Shown here piece after piece: positions 33,483 through 34,104 of a stretch of DNA of 34,104 bases. Positions within the stretch are counted from its first letter, which is position 1. The number at the start of each line of letters is the position of its first letter. Both the position numbers and the translations under genes were made by a program. The stretch spans positions 251,614-285,717 of the forward strand of contig JBNGIO010006379.1 of the NCBI GenBank assembly GCA_049999805.1, written 5' to 3'. The notes under the pieces are model-generated. The model saw only the letters and a list, made by a program, of their open reading frames with translations. It did no database searches and was not told the DNA's origin. This DNA is from Folioceros fuciformis (taxonomy: Eukaryota).

Positions 33483-34104
33483 TTACTGTGCATCATAGGT
33501 TACCAAGAAAGTAATGAGGGAATTAGCCTTGGTCTTGCCCCGCTCCGTGCCCCTGGCCTGTAGCAAATTAAGGTACGACATCAATCGAGTCTCAGCGACA
33601 ACCTCGGCTACCATGGTCTGCCCGCCGTGCTCACACAGCACGAGCAAGGTGCTGGCCGCCTGCTCCTTAGAGCGGGGAGAGCCGATTCCCAGCTCATTCA
33701 CCAGCACCGGAACGGCGCCGACCTCGGCCAGCACGGCCTGAGCTTCCGCGCAAGTGGCCAAAACCGCGAGCAGAGCCAAGGCATCCTCCACGAGAGCCGG
33801 GGCGTCTCTATCAAGGAGCAAGCACACGATGCTAGGAATAATCCCGGCGGCCACAACCTTAGGTTTGTTGTCCGGACGCAAAGACAGATGAAAAAAGGCC
33901 TTGATGGCATCCTTCTTCCCCCGCTCACTCCCATCCCTAAAGAGCTCCATAAGCGCCTCAATTGCGGTAGCATGATTCCCAACGGTGACCCTGAACTCCG
34001 TTACTACCAGCAAGCTAAACAAGAGCGCAGCTGCGTTCTCCCGCGCCTCCATCGTAATCCCCTCCCGAATAGCGGACACAACCCCGTCCAGCACCCCCGG
34101 AACC
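33483..34104 (-). CDS. 3' part of an ARM-repeat protein, probably a second U-box/ARM E3 ligase (5' end outside window)
   Basis: GITMEARENAAALLFSL...GSERGKKDAIKAFFHLS...GSPRSKEQAASTLLVLC...GTERGKTKANSL; co-linear with the ARM repeats of the PUB at 17096-19393. The frame is open to the window edge. Confidence 0.85.
   Translation of the reverse strand, partial: VPGVLDGVVSAIREGITMEARENAAALLFSLLVVTEFRVTVGNHATAIEALMELFRDGSERGKKDAIKAFFHLSLRPDNKPKVVAAGIIPSIVCLLLDRDAPALVEDALALLAVLATCAEAQAVLAEVGAVPVLVNELGIGSPRSKEQAASTLLVLCEHGGQTMVAEVVAETRLMSYLNLLQARGTERGKTKANSLITFLVTYDAQ

Noticed and set aside
1400-34104. Functional gene cluster (nitrogen/symbiosis: DUR3-like plus PUB1-like)
   Set aside because: The genes are separated by unrelated housekeeping genes and no shared regulatory signature is visible; proximity is expected in a compact genome.

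Overview
Gene-dense nuclear DNA from a non-seed land plant. Short introns of roughly 70-190 bp, very short intergenic spacers and an iota-class GST suggest a hornwort- or Selaginella-like compact genome; this is inference. In order, the window holds: a putative small basic protein (-), tRNA-Cys(GCA) (-), a strongly divergent 15-exon DUR3-like urea/SSS transporter (-), nucleoporin NDC1 (-) head-to-head with a 17-exon MRL1-type plastid PPR gene (+), an AT-rich spacer with hairpins, an iota-class CPYC glutathione transferase (-), and an intronless U-box/ARM E3 ligase of the MtPUB1/PUB16-17 type (-). Next come a ~2 kb repeat-packed candidate transposon containing an assembly gap, ~2.5 kb of unidentified coding-like sequence, TOP3-beta (-), a USP-A-like gene (-), and the 3' end of a second ARM/PUB gene (-). 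The most notable signal is the DUR3 homologue. It is intact but lacks the plant-type Cys-containing loop and has substitutions at conserved positions, so it may carry a different nitrogen substrate; a tRNA gene lies only 72 bp past its stop codon. Exon structures were assembled by eye and no database searches were run.
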